Positions 13,700-26,521 of a DNA stretch of 64,000 nucleotides are shown one piece after another. Origin of the DNA: Williopsis jadinii (Eukaryota); the NCBI GenBank assembly GCA_024346625.1, contig AP024664.1:2604001-2668000 (forward strand), given 5' to 3'. The notes below the pieces were generated by a model. That model was given only the letters and a program-made list of their open reading frames with translations. It was not told the DNA's origin and did not search any database. Each line of letters opens with the position of its first letter. The stretch's first letter is position 1. The position numbers and the translations under genes were made by a program.

Positions 13700-15000
13700 T
13701 TTGATTACCTCGCCAAAGTAGGAATTCCACAGACAACCTCAAATGTTATTAGCTCAATTTTGACTCAAAATCTATATGGTATTGATATGTTATCTGGATT
13801 TCAGCTCTCAAAACTCAAATTTCTCAACATTTGAAATCCCTTTGAAGTGTTTTAAATAGGTTTTAAATTTTTTTCACAAGTTAAGGCCTATTATTAAATT
13901 TTCTGTAGTTTTTCGGGAAAACATTATTTAACGAGAAAGTTTTTGAAATTAATTATATTCAATTAAATGCTTATCCTATCAATTATTAGAAAGGTTAACA
14001 AGATGAAATATAATAGTACAACATTAAGGTTGGAGATACTACTATTGTTGAAACATAAAGGCAAAAACAAACACACAGAGGTGATTTAGGGTCAAAGGGA
14101 CTCGTTGGTGTTTGGGTGTAAGTACCGTTCTTAGGTGTTTGGATGATTATAACATGGGTGAGTTTATAGACTGATAAGTACTTTCTGGTTCATCCTGGAA
14201 AGAGTGAGGACATTTTTCGATAGAGTTGAAGATTTAAATATCCACAGATGTCTAGAGAATATGTCGATTGGTTAACAATTCTCCCAATGTGAGAAAAGAA
14301 ATGTTACGGTTGAAAGTTTGTTCATATGTAAATAGAGGATGAGTGATCGTTACTCCCAAAGTTTACGAGAAAACCATGCCTCCATCTCTGAACAGCCCTG
14401 ATACGACATATAAGTGTGAGGAAGAGTTCTTATGTAGAATCTAGAATAAGTATAAACTGGGATTACAATATAGCCACAGATCACAGTAATGTGAATAATT
14501 ACGTTCTCTTATCTCATATCACAAGTACTTTTGAGTTCTTGAATTTCGGTTGTGATAGAAAAAGACCATTTTGTACTCTAAATTAGTAGAGTTTCAAGAG
14601 ATAAAGAACTCTTCATTTCGGAGTCCTTCACGTGATTCCAGTATTATGTTGTTTTCCATCTGTGGTATTCAAGGTTATGCTCAGTCACCTTTTGTAACTC
14701 TATCGTGACTTCACCGAGGTGCACTTCTACGTCTTTTTTGCCTATTTTTAGTCGGTATACGATCGAATGAAAATAGTTTCATCATGGTAATTCCCTGGTT
14801 GGAAAATAGACCTAGATAAGTTCATTAAAGTACATCGCAATAAACTTCCTATTCATTTCACACTATCCTACCTGCCATTAACCAACTTGACATTACAAAA
14901 CACAAGCAATTCGAAGAGAGATGTGTAGATTCGGAACCGTCACTTTTGACCATACCTCTATTAAGTTTTCTTTAACATATTGGACAATAACATTGTTCTG
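13700..15000 (+). pseudogene. Possible highly decayed LRR-like gene remnant
   Basis: Short plus-strand peptides such as RVEDLNIH, VTVESLFIC, QEIKNSSF and LPAINQLDI between stops; AT-rich start. Weak. Confidence 0.25.
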
Positions 15001-15082
15001 GGAAATGTCGATCACTTAAAGTTTCACTCTCCATATCAACAGAGTTTCCATTACCCACAAACATCATCTTGTAATATAAGTG

Positions 15083-16951
15083 TTATATTTTCAATGGATC
15101 CCCTTCACTCAAATTCAAAGGGAACTCAAATATGCTCACAGCGTTATGGAGAAGAATCAGGCGTGTCATGTCTGCTTGTGTAGACAGAGGATTAGGCAGA
15201 AGATTTCCTCCAATGATAAATGTCTTTAAGTTACTATTAACAACAGTGTACCCAATGTTGCCAAAGTATGAAAGATTTGCAGCATTCTTAGGAAGCCTGT
15301 AAGAATGATATACATCGTAAAGCCTCCACTTTCTCGATGGAATATGAAGAGAATAGATTTCGTAGGTATGTGGCTGACACAGTTTTCCAAAAAGTGTTTC
15401 TTTTGAATGGAAACATGCATTTGATATGTCACGTATTTCAAAATCATTGTTAGCCTTGGGCAAGTTTGGAAAATCAATGGGACTAGCTCCTAGGAGTGCG
15501 ACAAAATAATTGTCAATAATAATGCCACGGTGCCCCACTTTTTTCAACTGGACTTCTTCACCAGGTTCATCACCATGAGAAAAAGTTGGAACTCTTTCCC
15601 AAAGCTCTTGGTCAACATCAAAGTACCAAACATCACCGAAAATTTCCTTTCCATCTGTACCACCGTGAACTATCAGCTTTAAATTAAGCTGCCTTTCGGA
15701 AACAGCACTTGAGGGAGTGGAAGATCTTGCCATGCTCAGTTTAGAAGGGTCCGTTGTACTCTTAGTATCATGAAGGTTAGAACCAAAGACATTCTCAACC
15801 TGGAATACCTCACATGAATGGAAAGCTCTTCCTGAAGGAATCGGGAATTCTTCCGGGACAGGAATTGGGGTTGCCAAAACAACATCACCAAATTCTATAT
15901 AACCATGAGTGCCTTGATATACAATGGACAATTCGACTTTCCATAGGTCCTTTATAGCTTCAAACTTTTCCAAACCAGAAACTTGTCGATAACCACCCAT
16001 AATCAAGATTGTAGCAGGTGTATCGTTTTTGAGATCGTAATTAGAAATCCTTGAAGAAGCTATTGAGGTTGATGAATGACCGAACCTTGGAACCGTAATG
16101 GGGAATCTGTTGAGCTTATTTGGTTGTGCGATTAGTTCAAATTTCTTGAACCTCATAGTCACGGTATCAAGTACATATGCACTGTTATTCAATCTCGTGC
16201 TTTTGCTAATCATAAACTTTCCACTATCTTCACTATAAGTCACCTCGTTGAGTAACTCGAACCCTCCATAATAGAAAATGTGACGTTTCGTTATCTTACT
16301 GGAGCTCATACAGAGCAACGGAGGAGGAATATCACCAGTTACGTTGGCCCTAGCAACCTGATTCGTCAGAGATGAGGTAACAAAGACATCTGTATTTGGA
16401 AGCACTGCAGGGTGGTTCAAAAGGACAGAGTTTATGGGAAGAGGCATATTTACCCCACGTACTTTATACTTTGAAACGTCCAATATTCCCGTTTGGAAAC
16501 CTTGATGATATGCAATAACACCCCCGACTGTAATGATGCTATCATTAGCCTCACAAGAAGTGTGGTACACGAGCGCAGGAAGTGGGGATTCCCCAAAAGT
16601 GACAGGGGTGTGAAGGTAACTGATGAAAGCCTTCTCCTTAGAAGGACCAAAGCGTTTGAACCCATTGTCATCCACTGAATTAGGTTCAGCACACAACGCC
16701 ATCCGTTCTGTGCGAGCTGCTGGCTTCCACATCCTGTGAGATTTCGAATATTTCTGCTGTAACTCCTCGTCCAAGGGTTCAGTCCTCGTCTTTGTTGTGC
16801 ACTGTGGTGCTGGACAGGCCGAATGATGTTGTCCACCCAAATGACTCATGTAGTACCCATTTAAGAATTCCTCCAACGACGAGTGTCCCCGGTAATCTTC
16901 ACCATGACTAGTGTAGTCCACACAAAATTGTAGATCGTTCATATTAGCCAT
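15083..16951 (-). CDS. GPB1: Kelch-repeat regulator of cAMP/PKA signalling (Gpb1/Gpb2 = Krh family)
   Basis: 622-aa ORF with kelch GG motifs; GDIPPPLLCMSSSKITKRHIFYYGGFE and PRFGHSS resemble Gpb1/Gpb2. Confidence 0.75.
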   Translation of the reverse strand: MANMNDLQFCVDYTSHGEDYRGHSSLEEFLNGYYMSHLGGQHHSACPAPQCTTKTRTEPLDEELQQKYSKSHRMWKPAARTERMALCAEPNSVDDNGFKRFGPSKEKAFISYLHTPVTFGESPLPALVYHTSCEANDSIITVGGVIAYHQGFQTGILDVSKYKVRGVNMPLPINSVLLNHPAVLPNTDVFVTSSLTNQVARANVTGDIPPPLLCMSSSKITKRHIFYYGGFELLNEVTYSEDSGKFMISKSTRLNNSAYVLDTVTMRFKKFELIAQPNKLNRFPITVPRFGHSSTSIASSRISNYDLKNDTPATILIMGGYRQVSGLEKFEAIKDLWKVELSIVYQGTHGYIEFGDVVLATPIPVPEEFPIPSGRAFHSCEVFQVENVFGSNLHDTKSTTDPSKLSMARSSTPSSAVSERQLNLKLIVHGGTDGKEIFGDVWYFDVDQELWERVPTFSHGDEPGEEVQLKKVGHRGIIIDNYFVALLGASPIDFPNLPKANNDFEIRDISNACFHSKETLFGKLCQPHTYEIYSLHIPSRKWRLYDVYHSYRLPKNAANLSYFGNIGYTVVNSNLKTFIIGGNLLPNPLSTQADMTRLILLHNAVSIFEFPLNLSEGDPLKI

Positions 16952-17320
16952 GAGGATCTGAGTTCCTGGGGCTAGATTGTACCTCTCTTAGATTGAGGCT
17001 GGCACACGGCGGGAAGTTTTGAGTGGAACAATCAATTATTATCAACGTCGATCTGCTCAGCGAGCACACCCGGACACCACCTGGGGAGAAGCGCTTTTTT
17101 GTAAACACGTCTCCTGGGTGATGAAGAAAGGTTACTTGGAACTACGGGTGTACAGTGATAATCAATGAAATGTTAATAAATAGCCGGTGTATGATATGTA
17201 GTGAATAAATAAATATGTGGTATTTCTCCCTTTCTTGGTATTTGATTTTTTCCTTCAAGAATTACACACAATAAAAATAAATAAAGACTCCAGAAAAGGA
17301 AAAGCCAAAGGAACAGGAGC

Positions 17321-17932
17321 TCACTTTCTGTACCAAAGTCTGGTAATCTTTGTGGTGACCATCTTCTTTTGGAGTCTGAAGACTCCGTACATCAAAGCTT
17401 CGGCAGTTGGGGGACAGCCAGGGACATAGACGTCCACAGGAACGATTCTATCACAGCCTCTCACAACCGAATAAGAGTAATGGTAATAACCACCACCGTT
17501 GGCACAGGAGCCCATAGAGATGACCCACTTTGGGTCAGCCATCTGGTCATAGACCTTTCTTAATGCTGGTGCCATCTTGTTGGTTAAGGTTCCAGCAACA
17601 ATCATGATATCGGATTGTCTAGGGGTGGCTCTGAAAATGATACCAAGACGATCTTGATCGTAACGTGGTGTAGAAACGTGCATCATTTCGACGGCACAGC
17701 ATGCGAGACCGAAGGTAACAGGCCAAAAAGATGACTTTCTAGCCCAGTTCGTAACCGCGTCGAGGGAGGTCAAAACATAATCAACTTTGTTGGATGGGGT
17801 GTTATCCTGAGATGCCAACGGGTAATCAGTGGCAAGCGCCTTTGGAGTGACATCAGCACGCGTGGCAAGCGCTCTCACAAAGCTTGAAGATGGTCTGGCA
17901 CGTGTAACAAAGGCAAGGTTTCTGGACATCAT
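17321..17932 (-). CDS. NDUFS7: NADH:ubiquinone oxidoreductase (complex I) PSST/20-kDa subunit (NDUFS7/NUKM)
   Basis: [25 protein letters not shown] and [13 protein letters not shown] motifs; mitochondrial-type presequence. Confidence 0.97.
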   Translation of the reverse strand: MMSRNLAFVTRARPSSSFVRALATRADVTPKALATDYPLASQDNTPSNKVDYVLTSLDAVTNWARKSSFWPVTFGLACCAVEMMHVSTPRYDQDRLGIIFRATPRQSDIMIVAGTLTNKMAPALRKVYDQMADPKWVISMGSCANGGGYYHYSYSVVRGCDRIVPVDVYVPGCPPTAEALMYGVFRLQKKMVTTKITRLWYRK

Positions 17933-18233
17933 CGTTGAAGTGTAAAGACTAATTCAGTTTATGGCTAAAGTGTAAGGACTCCCCCTGAATTTTTTTCCCT
18001 CCTTGACCTCTGGAAGTTTTGGTGATTTTTCCTGGTTGCGGGCAACAACATAATAACGGCGAGAGGCTATCAGGTTAAGTACTCAAACAGACGAGAAAAA
18101 GAATTCATATTGATGGAAGTATTCGATAAATAGTTACAAGCACCTATTTGACTAATCAAATTGTAGAGATATATGTGTATGTGACCTTAATAACGATATC
18201 TGTTGTTACATCGTCCAATTATTAGAATCTTGA

Positions 18234-19035
18234 TTAACATTGGCACTGTGTTTCGCCTTGAGGTTTGTTATCAACTGCTATGTCAATCACTATGGCCTTG
18301 TTAGTATAGGGACATTCTTATAAGCATGACATATGGAGAAATGACTTACTCTCTGGATTCTCGCTCTTTGGTTCTTCGAAATCAGGGAGACTCTTTGCGA
18401 TCTTTTTGAATAAGCTTTTCACGTTATATCCCAGTTTGGTACTTGTTTCTATGAAGATCTGACACCCGAGTTCTTTTGCCCTTTTCTCTCCTTCTTCAAC
18501 GGAGACTTGTCTACTATCAACGAGATCACTCTTGTTAGCCACGAGACACAGTATAACATTTTCTCCTCTTTCCGCTTTGACATCCTCTATCCATTTATTT
18601 GTCAGGTCAAACGATTTCTTGGATGTGATGTCGTATACGATAACTGCAACATGAGAATCTCTAATGTAAGAAGGGATTAAGGATCTAAATCTCTCCTGTC
18701 CTGCAGTATCCCATAGTTGAAGTCTTACTGTCTTGTCATCGAGATACATAGTCTTGGAAAGGAAGTCGATACCAATTGTGGCCTTTAAAACGTCAAGTTA
18801 GTAATTCACACGAAGATAAAACTCGTTTATACGTACAGCATAGTTGTCGTCAAAAGTGTCATACATGAATCTGGTGATCAAGGACGTTTTACCAACTTTT
18901 TGACAGCGTGGTTAGTGAAAAGAACTTTCAGTTGAACCATCCATTCGGCGAAGGAAAGCAAACGGATCAAAACATACCACCTTGTTCTCCGAGGAATACG
19001 ATCTTATATTTGCTTAGTGAATTAGATTTGCTCAT
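18234..19035 (-). CDS. YPT6: Rab6-family GTPase, 4 exons (19035-18978, 18895-18837, 18782-18350, 18289-18234), 201 aa
   Basis: Spliced product [38 protein letters not shown]...WDTAGQERF...NKSD...QCQC*. Donors GTATGT/GTACGT/GTAAGT, CTAAC branch points; exons sum to 606 nt. Confidence 0.93.
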
Positions 19036-21438
19036 TCTTGTGATATATCTTTATGAGATTGTAGGAACCCCCCTCCTCTTCTTCTTCTTTGAGATTATTG
19101 GAGCCTCTGTTACTTATTGTTGTTGTTGTTCTTGATGCTTGTTCTTCCAACAACGTTCCAAGATCTCACCACGATTTTGCGCGCCCTTTTCCGCCTTGTG
19201 GTTTTTTTCCTTCTTCTCTTTGCCTGACCTTTGAGGAAACCGCCGTAAAACAGCTCTAGTAACGATGCATGGAGGTATGGTGATATTCTTTATGACTCAA
19301 ACATGTGTATCCATCTATAAGCAATTCAGACATGTAAATCTAACCATATTAGAACATCTTCTATGCAGGCCTTGATGTACCGTGTTCTATCTTGATCAAT
19401 GACAGGTTGTGCTGAGATGCCTTCTACGCCAACGTTAAAGTGGATGCATAAGACTCTTATAGATATACAACTCATGAGAACTTCAGTGTTAACGACAACT
19501 ATTCTAATATTGCGAGGAGGGGTATTTGCTCATTGCGAATTGATCATATCTGTCACTGATTTGTAAAGACGATGTTCTAAGATGGGGAGAGATAACAATA
19601 TCGGATCCATCGCCACAGAATACACAGGGTACTGAGTTTTCTGCCGATCGCTTGAGGTGTCACATAATATTTGGGAAATCATTTTGAGAACTCTAATACA
19701 TAGCATATCATCAATGTGCAACCATAAGTCCTGATGAAGCACATCAGAACCAACTTGGTAGGGGGATCAAGTTAATTGAACACACATAACCAGTAATGCT
19801 GCTTTCAGAGCAAGCATAATGTACCCAACCTGAACGATACTTTGGAGGAGATTGTGAGATTATCTGAACAGCAGAATCCATAACCTGTAATTGTTTTATG
19901 TATGGAATCCTACCACTCTACTTTCTGTAAAACAGTGGATATTTCATCATATACTTGCGTCAATTCAAGCAGTGATGACGTCGCAAATCTTGTAGCTTGA
20001 GTTAACCCACTTGGTGTTGACGAGACAAAATAAGCGTTCAATTGCGTGTTAAAGTTGTCTAAAAGAATTGAAACGACCAGACCTTAGAGGTGTACATAGG
20101 TAATCTCGAAAGCAACAGTGCTTCTTGTAGCATAACAGGAACTAGGGTTATCATCGACACCTGCAGTGCCTACTTCTCATTGAATGACATATGGTATAAA
20201 GGGATGATTTAAAGCACAACAAGTGAGCCGTGTAATCTAATCTGTCATATTTTAGAACACGCCAATGCATAGTGGAAGTTGTTCAGCATTAGGATGGAGC
20301 ATGGCCGATGCTAAAAGTGCGATATCACACTCACCAGACAAGACCACGTCACTACTTTGTAGAGGCGGTAGACTCTTAGTTAAAATTTTATCGTCTTGTA
20401 GATCTATAGGACATATCAATTCTCAAGAACCCGAGGATACATAGATCCCACTTACCATACTATCCTAGCATTAGAGTTCTTTGAGTGACCAATCAATAGA
20501 CCCTCAATATGAGTGGAGATGTTTATCATCGCGCTACAGTTAAAATCACCTATACTGACTTCTCGCTTGGTTTGTCCTCCAGTACTGACCGCCAAATCCA
20601 AAGCAGATTTCCATCGACAACTTTGCAATTATAATGCGTTCCTCGTGCTACTTTATCTTCTTCACCGAGGCATACAAAAGACCACTACACACGGATGTTG
20701 CACAAACCAACCAATCCCGACTCAAAGAGAGGCGTGGGGACATTTTTACGTTTTCGCAATCCTTCGCGGAAGACGGGAAAAAAAAACAGACGCAGCTCTG
20801 TAAACACAGTGGTGAGCGATATGTCGGCCCAATCAAAAAGAGTAGGATTCTCGAAATGTAAAAAGCTTGCCACACTTTAATTCACTAATCTCCACGGTAC
20901 ACCATGTAGACTGGTGTTTAATTTGATAGAACATTCACCACTACTTCCAATCTCTTGTAATGTTGACACTTTTGCTTTATCATCCAGCAGGTCCTTTTAA
21001 ACGGTTAATTGACACTGTTCTGAGTATTTCCTCTTTTGGGATGCAATTTTGCGCAATTGTTTGGAAAAGAGAGGAATTTGACGTAAATTTCACTAATCGG
21101 AAGAGAAGGCAACGGTCGAGAAAAGAAAACAAAACAGCTCCGTTTTGTATGGTGGATGCAGCATGCACTTCCCAATTAGGATTCACCAACCACAGATTAA
21201 CCCAAAACGGACCAAAATTTCGGCAGGTGTGGGAGTGGACAAGACAGAAGAAGCAGGACAAAAAAAAGAAAACACCACACTGGCAGCCGGTTGAGGGATA
21301 ATCAAAACAGCGAAGGGGAAAGAGAGGGAAAAAAACGTTTTCGAAGAATTCTTCTTTTCATCAATTCACATAAACAATTAGACAGTCCCCAGGTATTTGC
21401 TCTTGATAGAAAGTAGGGAGGTAGTTGAATATTGCAGA

Positions 21439-21954
21439 ATGAAGTTCACCACTGTTTTGTCCGCTGGTTTGTTAGGTTTGGGTGTTCTTGCACAAGAAGA
21501 AACCACCGAAGTGTCAACTGCTACTACTAGCACTAGTACCCACAAGTACGGTAAATTCAACAAGACATCAAGATCTGAGGAGCCAAACCACACAGGCACC
21601 CATTCTTATGGTAGATTCAACAAGACATCAAGATCTAAGGAGCCAAACCACACAAGCACCCACTCTTACGGTAGATTCAACAAGACATCAAGATCTAAGG
21701 AGCCAAACCACACAAGCACCCACTCTTACGGTAGATTCAACAAGACATCAAGATCTACTGAGCCAAACCACACAAGCACCCACTCTTACGGTAGATTCAA
21801 CAAGACATCAAGATCTACCGAGCCAAACCACACAGGCACCCACTCTTATGGTAGATTCAACAAGACCAGAAAAGATGCCAGTCAAAACGATGCCAATGTT
21901 TACGGTGTTGGAATTGGTTCAGTGCTGATTGCTGGTCTCTCTTTGCTTCTCTAA
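21439..21954 (+). CDS. GPI-anchored hydrophilin with 20-aa repeats (YNL190W/PGA14-like)
   Basis: Signal peptide, THKYGKFNKT / HSYGRFNKTSRSKEPNHTST repeats as in S. cerevisiae Ynl190w, hydrophobic tail. Lies near SRP1 and DUG3, as YNL190W does. Confidence 0.88.
   Translation: MKFTTVLSAGLLGLGVLAQEETTEVSTATTSTSTHKYGKFNKTSRSEEPNHTGTHSYGRFNKTSRSKEPNHTSTHSYGRFNKTSRSKEPNHTSTHSYGRFNKTSRSTEPNHTSTHSYGRFNKTSRSTEPNHTGTHSYGRFNKTRKDASQNDANVYGVGIGSVLIAGLSLLL
21538..21867 (+). repeat. 60-bp intragenic tandem repeat, ~5.5 copies
   Basis: Consecutive 60-nt lines 21541-21841 are near-identical. Confidence 0.95.
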
Positions 21955-22185
21955 AGCTTCGATACCATGTCGTCTTAATTCATAATGTCGTTTATTTTCA
22001 TTTTTTCTAGCTTTATTTTACCAGAGGTATGAGGTCATTCTTCTTGCCGACAACAACGCATTAGTTGAGGATTGTCACTCATTGCTCTAGACTAGTGAAT
22101 GGTTACTCCTATCCTTTTTATCACCATATTTTGTTATTAATTACATATATGTAGTCTTTTAGCGTATTACATTGCAACAAGACAC

Positions 22186-23001
22186 CTACCGTTTGAATAA
22201 ATCGTCGTCATCTAGGTCTTTCTGTGACAAAGCATTTCCTCCATTGTCCAACGAGTGCTCAAAATTGGAATGCTGTAGTCTCTGGGATATAGGATTTTTC
22301 ATTCTTTCAGATAATGGGTTCACGCTGTCATCTTTGTCAATATCATTCGCTTTACTAGCCTTTTCAGGAAAGAGGTCCTCGTCGTCGTCTTCTTCATCCG
22401 ATAGCATACGAGCTCTTCTACCAAGTGGTTCACGATCACGGTATCTTTTCTCAAGGTTTCTCTTCATCTTGTACTTTTTCTCTTCATCTGGGTTTAACAA
22501 GTAATATCTCGAGTATTGAGAAGCATGTTTGATCTTTTTATCACCAATTTTGGACACTCGTGTCCAGAACTCAACATCTTTTTGCATTGGATCAAACTGA
22601 TGGGCAAGTCTCTCATTACTGTTGTCCAATTCTGGGCTGGTATCTTGAGACAAGGACTTTAGTGCATTAGATGCTTGTTCGTTCTCTTCAAAGACAATAT
22701 TCACTTGATAATCTGTTAGAAAGCAATTCAGGAAAGTAACAAAAGAGGGGAAACATTAAAATACAAACAAACTTCAAGTTAAATACATACATGAAGAGTC
22801 ATTGATCCATTCAAATTTGAAATGATCACTGACGTAGCGCTTGACATAGGATTTGATATCCTTTTCAGCGAGGTTATCAACACCTCTTAAAAACAGAGAG
22901 TTTGGTCTCAAAAGTTCAGATTCCTGTGCATGGTTAGCAAATATTCAGTGCATTGTCAAGTTCCATTCACTCACATCCAATTCCATACGCTCTTCTTCCA
23001 T
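22186..23001 (-). CDS. NCBP3/DUF2414-like RRM protein, 3 exons (23001-22975, 22923-22791, 22703-22186)
   Basis: Spliced LRPNSLFLRGVDNL...FEWINDSSLNIVFE and SRYYL motifs. Donors GTGAGT and GTATGT, branches TGCTAAC and TTCTAAC; exons sum to 678 nt. Confidence 0.75.
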
Positions 23002-23280
23002 TTTGACGAGATAAAGGAGTGGTACTCAAATCGTAGCTTGTCTTTCGTAACACTTCACCAGTGTGTTAGATTTTCGAAACAACTGGGCCCCAAAAAAAAA
23101 GAGGTAAACCGTATACGTCATTTTTAGGCTGAACAGATAAATTACTCTGGAACTAAGAGTAAAGGTTTTAAAGAACACAGCTTTTTTCTCTTAATTGAAT
23201 AGATACTTGAGAGGAGAATAGATAATGTTGATATATATACAAGGAATAAAATAAATAAAATAGAAAACATTGGGTGGCAC

Positions 23281-23919
23281 TCATTTACCAAAATAGCGAC
23301 CATTATCTATTCCAGAGTTGTGCTCTGCCATTCCCCATAGTCTATCCATGTTGATGCCACCAATGTCTTCATTTACATAGAAAGATCCGTTTTTGGTCTT
23401 CCAGTTAACCCACCCGAATCTCCCATCGGTCAATTGAAGCTCTGCTGGCTTCAAGATTGTGTTGTAGAATGACCTTCCGGTAAGGGATATCTTCTCAGCC
23501 ACTAGGATTTCGTCTGTCGTGAGATTCTCAAGGGATTGGTCCTTCTCCGTGTTGTATACCCTAAAGATCCTTGATACATAATCCCTTGTGAAATATTCAA
23601 TCAAAGGTAGCGGTAGCACGGAGCACGTTGCTAGAACATAACTCAAATCTGAGCTCAAGGCCGGCGACGTATACATCATATTGGACAGGTATAGCCCAAC
23701 AAGTCCAAATGCAAAACTTACCCTTTTTAATGTGGCAATAGGCTTACTCAAAGGAGATTCATAGAGCGGAGTATACGCCATTCTGTATTTTGAAGGTAGG
23801 AACGTTGCACCCAGCGCTAAAGGACTCGATAGCTTGATACCAAGGCTCTGGGCTTGGAGTTGACGAACACTGGTGTGAAACATCTTAATCCCCAAAAACG
23901 ACATTGGCAAGTTCCTCAT
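23281..23919 (-). CDS. Mitochondrial inner-membrane protein, TMEM70/TMEM186-like assembly factor candidate
   Basis: Presequence-like N-terminus; LYESPLSKPIATLKRVS, two hydrophobic segments, then FTRDYVSRI. Confidence 0.5.
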   Translation of the reverse strand: MRNLPMSFLGIKMFHTSVRQLQAQSLGIKLSSPLALGATFLPSKYRMAYTPLYESPLSKPIATLKRVSFAFGLVGLYLSNMMYTSPALSSDLSYVLATCSVLPLPLIEYFTRDYVSRIFRVYNTEKDQSLENLTTDEILVAEKISLTGRSFYNTILKPAELQLTDGRFGWVNWKTKNGSFYVNEDIGGINMDRLWGMAEHNSGIDNGRYFGK

Positions 23920-24485
23920 CGACAACGTGTTTGATCAAAACACAACAATACGTTTAATGATGGATTTAAACAGTTAGAATTTCATTGACAAAAACGACCG
24001 CAGCGCTCCCTACCAAAAAACACACATACAGGCAAACAGCAAAGTTCGTGGGGGGGGCTCTACAACAACCAATTAACGGCACAAGTTCTACATCTTTTAA
24101 CAGCAACAACTAATATACTTCACTCCGAATACACAGATTGTCTCCATACCACCATGTGTAATGTTCAAGGAGGAACTCGCGTAAGAACTGGGTATAACTA
24201 CCAGCATGACCAGAGAACACCCGAACATCGGCTGTGGCCTGTGAGATGTGCCCTCACACAAACCTGGTTGTCGTGGTTCCCGGCGATGTTTACAAACCAC
24301 TGCGGAATATTCCCCAATTAGGACGGACAAAAAAAAATTGTGAGATTCGAAGTGAAAGAAAGAGCGGCACCGTCCACACCACAGATGTATATATATATTT
24401 TTTTTCTCTTTCTTTCTCTTTTCTTTCTCTCGCTCGCTACTATTCCGTAATAGCGTTTGACCAACAACAAGCATACGTTTCAACG

Positions 24486-26090
24486 ATGGACTCAGATTCC
24501 ACCAATAAGTACATTCCGGATCATCGTCGTACCAACTTCAAGAACAAGGGTAGATTCAACCCTGATGAGCTTCGTCGTCGTCGTGAAAACCAAAGTGTTG
24601 AATTGAGAAAGGCCAAAAGAGATGAAACTTTGGCAAAGAGAAGAAATTTCAACATCACCACTGAAGACTCCGATGACGAGGATTCTGGAAAGATCGATGA
24701 CGATTCATCATTCCTCACACATCTACAACAAGAGCTTCCAAGAATGATGGAGCAGATCCAATCTAGCAACTTTGATTTGCAATTGGCAGCCACGGTCAAG
24801 TTCAGACAAATCTTATCAAGAGAACGTAATCCACCAATCGATTTGGTGATTCAATCTGGTGTAGTGCCAATCTTGGTTGGATTCATGACAGACCAACCAG
24901 AGATGTTGCAATTAGAGGCTGCCTGGGCCTTGACGAACATTGCATCTGGTACATCTGAACAGACCAAGTTTGTCGTTGAAGCTGGTGCAGTGCCATCCTT
25001 TGTCCAGTTGTTGTACTCTCCATCTGCAGAGGTTAAAGAACAAGCTATTTGGGCTTTGGGTAACGTTGCTGGTGACTCTTCTCAATACAGAGATTTTGTC
25101 TTGTCTTGTAACGCCATGCCACCTGTTCTTTCGCTCTTCAACACTTCAAAGATGTCCTTAATTAGAACAGCAACATGGACACTTTCCAATCTGTGCAGAG
25201 GTAAGAACCCACAACCTGATTGGGACATTGTTTCGCAAGCTCTTCCAACTTTGGCCAAGTTAATCTACTCCATGGATGTCGAAACTTTGATCGATGCTTG
25301 TTGGGCGATTTCTTATCTCTCCGATGGTCCTTCTGAGTCCATCCAAGCTGTTGTTGATGCTAGAATTCCAAAGAGATTGGTTGAGATTCTTGGACACGAC
25401 AGTACTGCTGTACAAACACCTGCTCTTAGAGCCGTTGGTAACATTGTAACTGGTAATGATTTACAGACACAGGTTGTTATCAATGCTGGTGTCTTGCCAG
25501 CGCTCCTTCCATTACTGTCCTCTCAAAAGGAGTCGATCAGAAAAGAGGCAGCATGGACCATTTCCAACATTACCGCCGGTAACCCAGAACAGATCCAAGC
25601 AGTCATTAACGCCAACTTGATTCCACCATTGATCAGATTGCTTGAAAAAGGTGACTACAAGACCAAGAAGGAGGCATGTTGGGCCATTTCTAATGCCTCA
25701 TCTGGTGGATTGACCAGACCTGAGATTATCCGCTTCTTGGTATCTCAAGGCTGTATCAAACCGCTCTGTGATCTCTTGGCTGTTGCGGATAACAAGATCA
25801 TCGAGGTTACTTTGGATGCATTGGAGAACATCTTGAAGATGGGTGAACTTGAAAAGGAAACCAACGGGCTGACAGAGAATGCCAACGCTATGTATATCGA
25901 GGAATGTGGTGGCATGGAGAAGATTTTCGACTGTCAAAGCAACCAGAACGCTCAGATCTACGAAAAGGCGTATAACATTGTGGATAAGTACTTTTCCGCG
26001 GAAGATGACGTTGAAGACACGGGATTAGCACCAGATCAAAGCGGTAACACCTTTGCTTTCGGAACCAACCAAACCCAATTCTCATTTTAA
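24486..26090 (+). CDS. SRP1: Importin alpha (karyopherin alpha)
   Basis: IBB domain (ELRRRR...[17 protein letters not shown]) and ARM repeats ([12 protein letters not shown]); likely ATG at 24486. Confidence 0.97.
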   Translation: MDSDSTNKYIPDHRRTNFKNKGRFNPDELRRRRENQSVELRKAKRDETLAKRRNFNITTEDSDDEDSGKIDDDSSFLTHLQQELPRMMEQIQSSNFDLQLAATVKFRQILSRERNPPIDLVIQSGVVPILVGFMTDQPEMLQLEAAWALTNIASGTSEQTKFVVEAGAVPSFVQLLYSPSAEVKEQAIWALGNVAGDSSQYRDFVLSCNAMPPVLSLFNTSKMSLIRTATWTLSNLCRGKNPQPDWDIVSQALPTLAKLIYSMDVETLIDACWAISYLSDGPSESIQAVVDARIPKRLVEILGHDSTAVQTPALRAVGNIVTGNDLQTQVVINAGVLPALLPLLSSQKESIRKEAAWTISNITAGNPEQIQAVINANLIPPLIRLLEKGDYKTKKEACWAISNASSGGLTRPEIIRFLVSQGCIKPLCDLLAVADNKIIEVTLDALENILKMGELEKETNGLTENANAMYIEECGGMEKIFDCQSNQNAQIYEKAYNIVDKYFSAEDDVEDTGLAPDQSGNTFAFGTNQTQFSF

Positions 26091-26211
26091 TACCCACTCA
26101 GTTTCTGTTAACACTGATCATCTCCTCCATTTATTTTTTCCACCGTGGAATATCTCTTTCTATCTCTTTTTCTCTCTCTTTCTTTAATCTAATGATCTTG
26201 ATTTACTTCTG

Positions 26212-26236
26212 TTTTTTTTTTTTTTTTTTTTTTTTG
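26212..26236 (+). repeat. Poly(T) tract (~25 nt) in the SRP1 3' region
   Basis: Read directly from the sequence. Confidence 0.85.
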
Positions 26237-26521
26237 TTCTTCCCTCTGTTATTACTATTTCATGCCTATTTCTCTCTCTCCCTCTCTCCCTCCATTTTAA
26301 CGACCATTGCATTTTCAATAAGTAAAACCATTAGGACATGGTGCTTGTTGGTTCTATGTCTTTAACACAGAATGATAGTTCTGAAAACACCGTTGTAGTT
26401 GTAAGAGTTTGACCTGGTCAAAGTCAGCATGCTAGGCCAAAAAGGACAGTTTTAAGACAAAAAAAAACACAACAACAGTAAAGGTGCGCATCGCTGTGAC
26501 TGGTTAAAGAGCGGGTGAAGT

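Noticed and set aside
13740..14070. AT-rich island as a centromere, NUMT or killer-plasmid insert
   Set aside because: No CDE motifs and no recognisable mitochondrial or plasmid peptide; cannot be supported without a search.
19200..21380. 2-kb intergenic region with short ORFs
   Set aside because: No recognisable protein, LTR or RNA motif; probably promoter DNA of the hydrophilin gene.
21538..21867. Regular repeats resembling a CRISPR array
   Set aside because: No unique spacers; an in-frame coding repeat in a eukaryotic gene.
24234..24485. N-terminal extensions of SRP1 (likewise RPT6 39661-39789 and UPF1 46842-46979)
   Set aside because: Largely ORF-finder artefacts from alternative start codons; the sequence looks like promoter/UTR and lacks family similarity.
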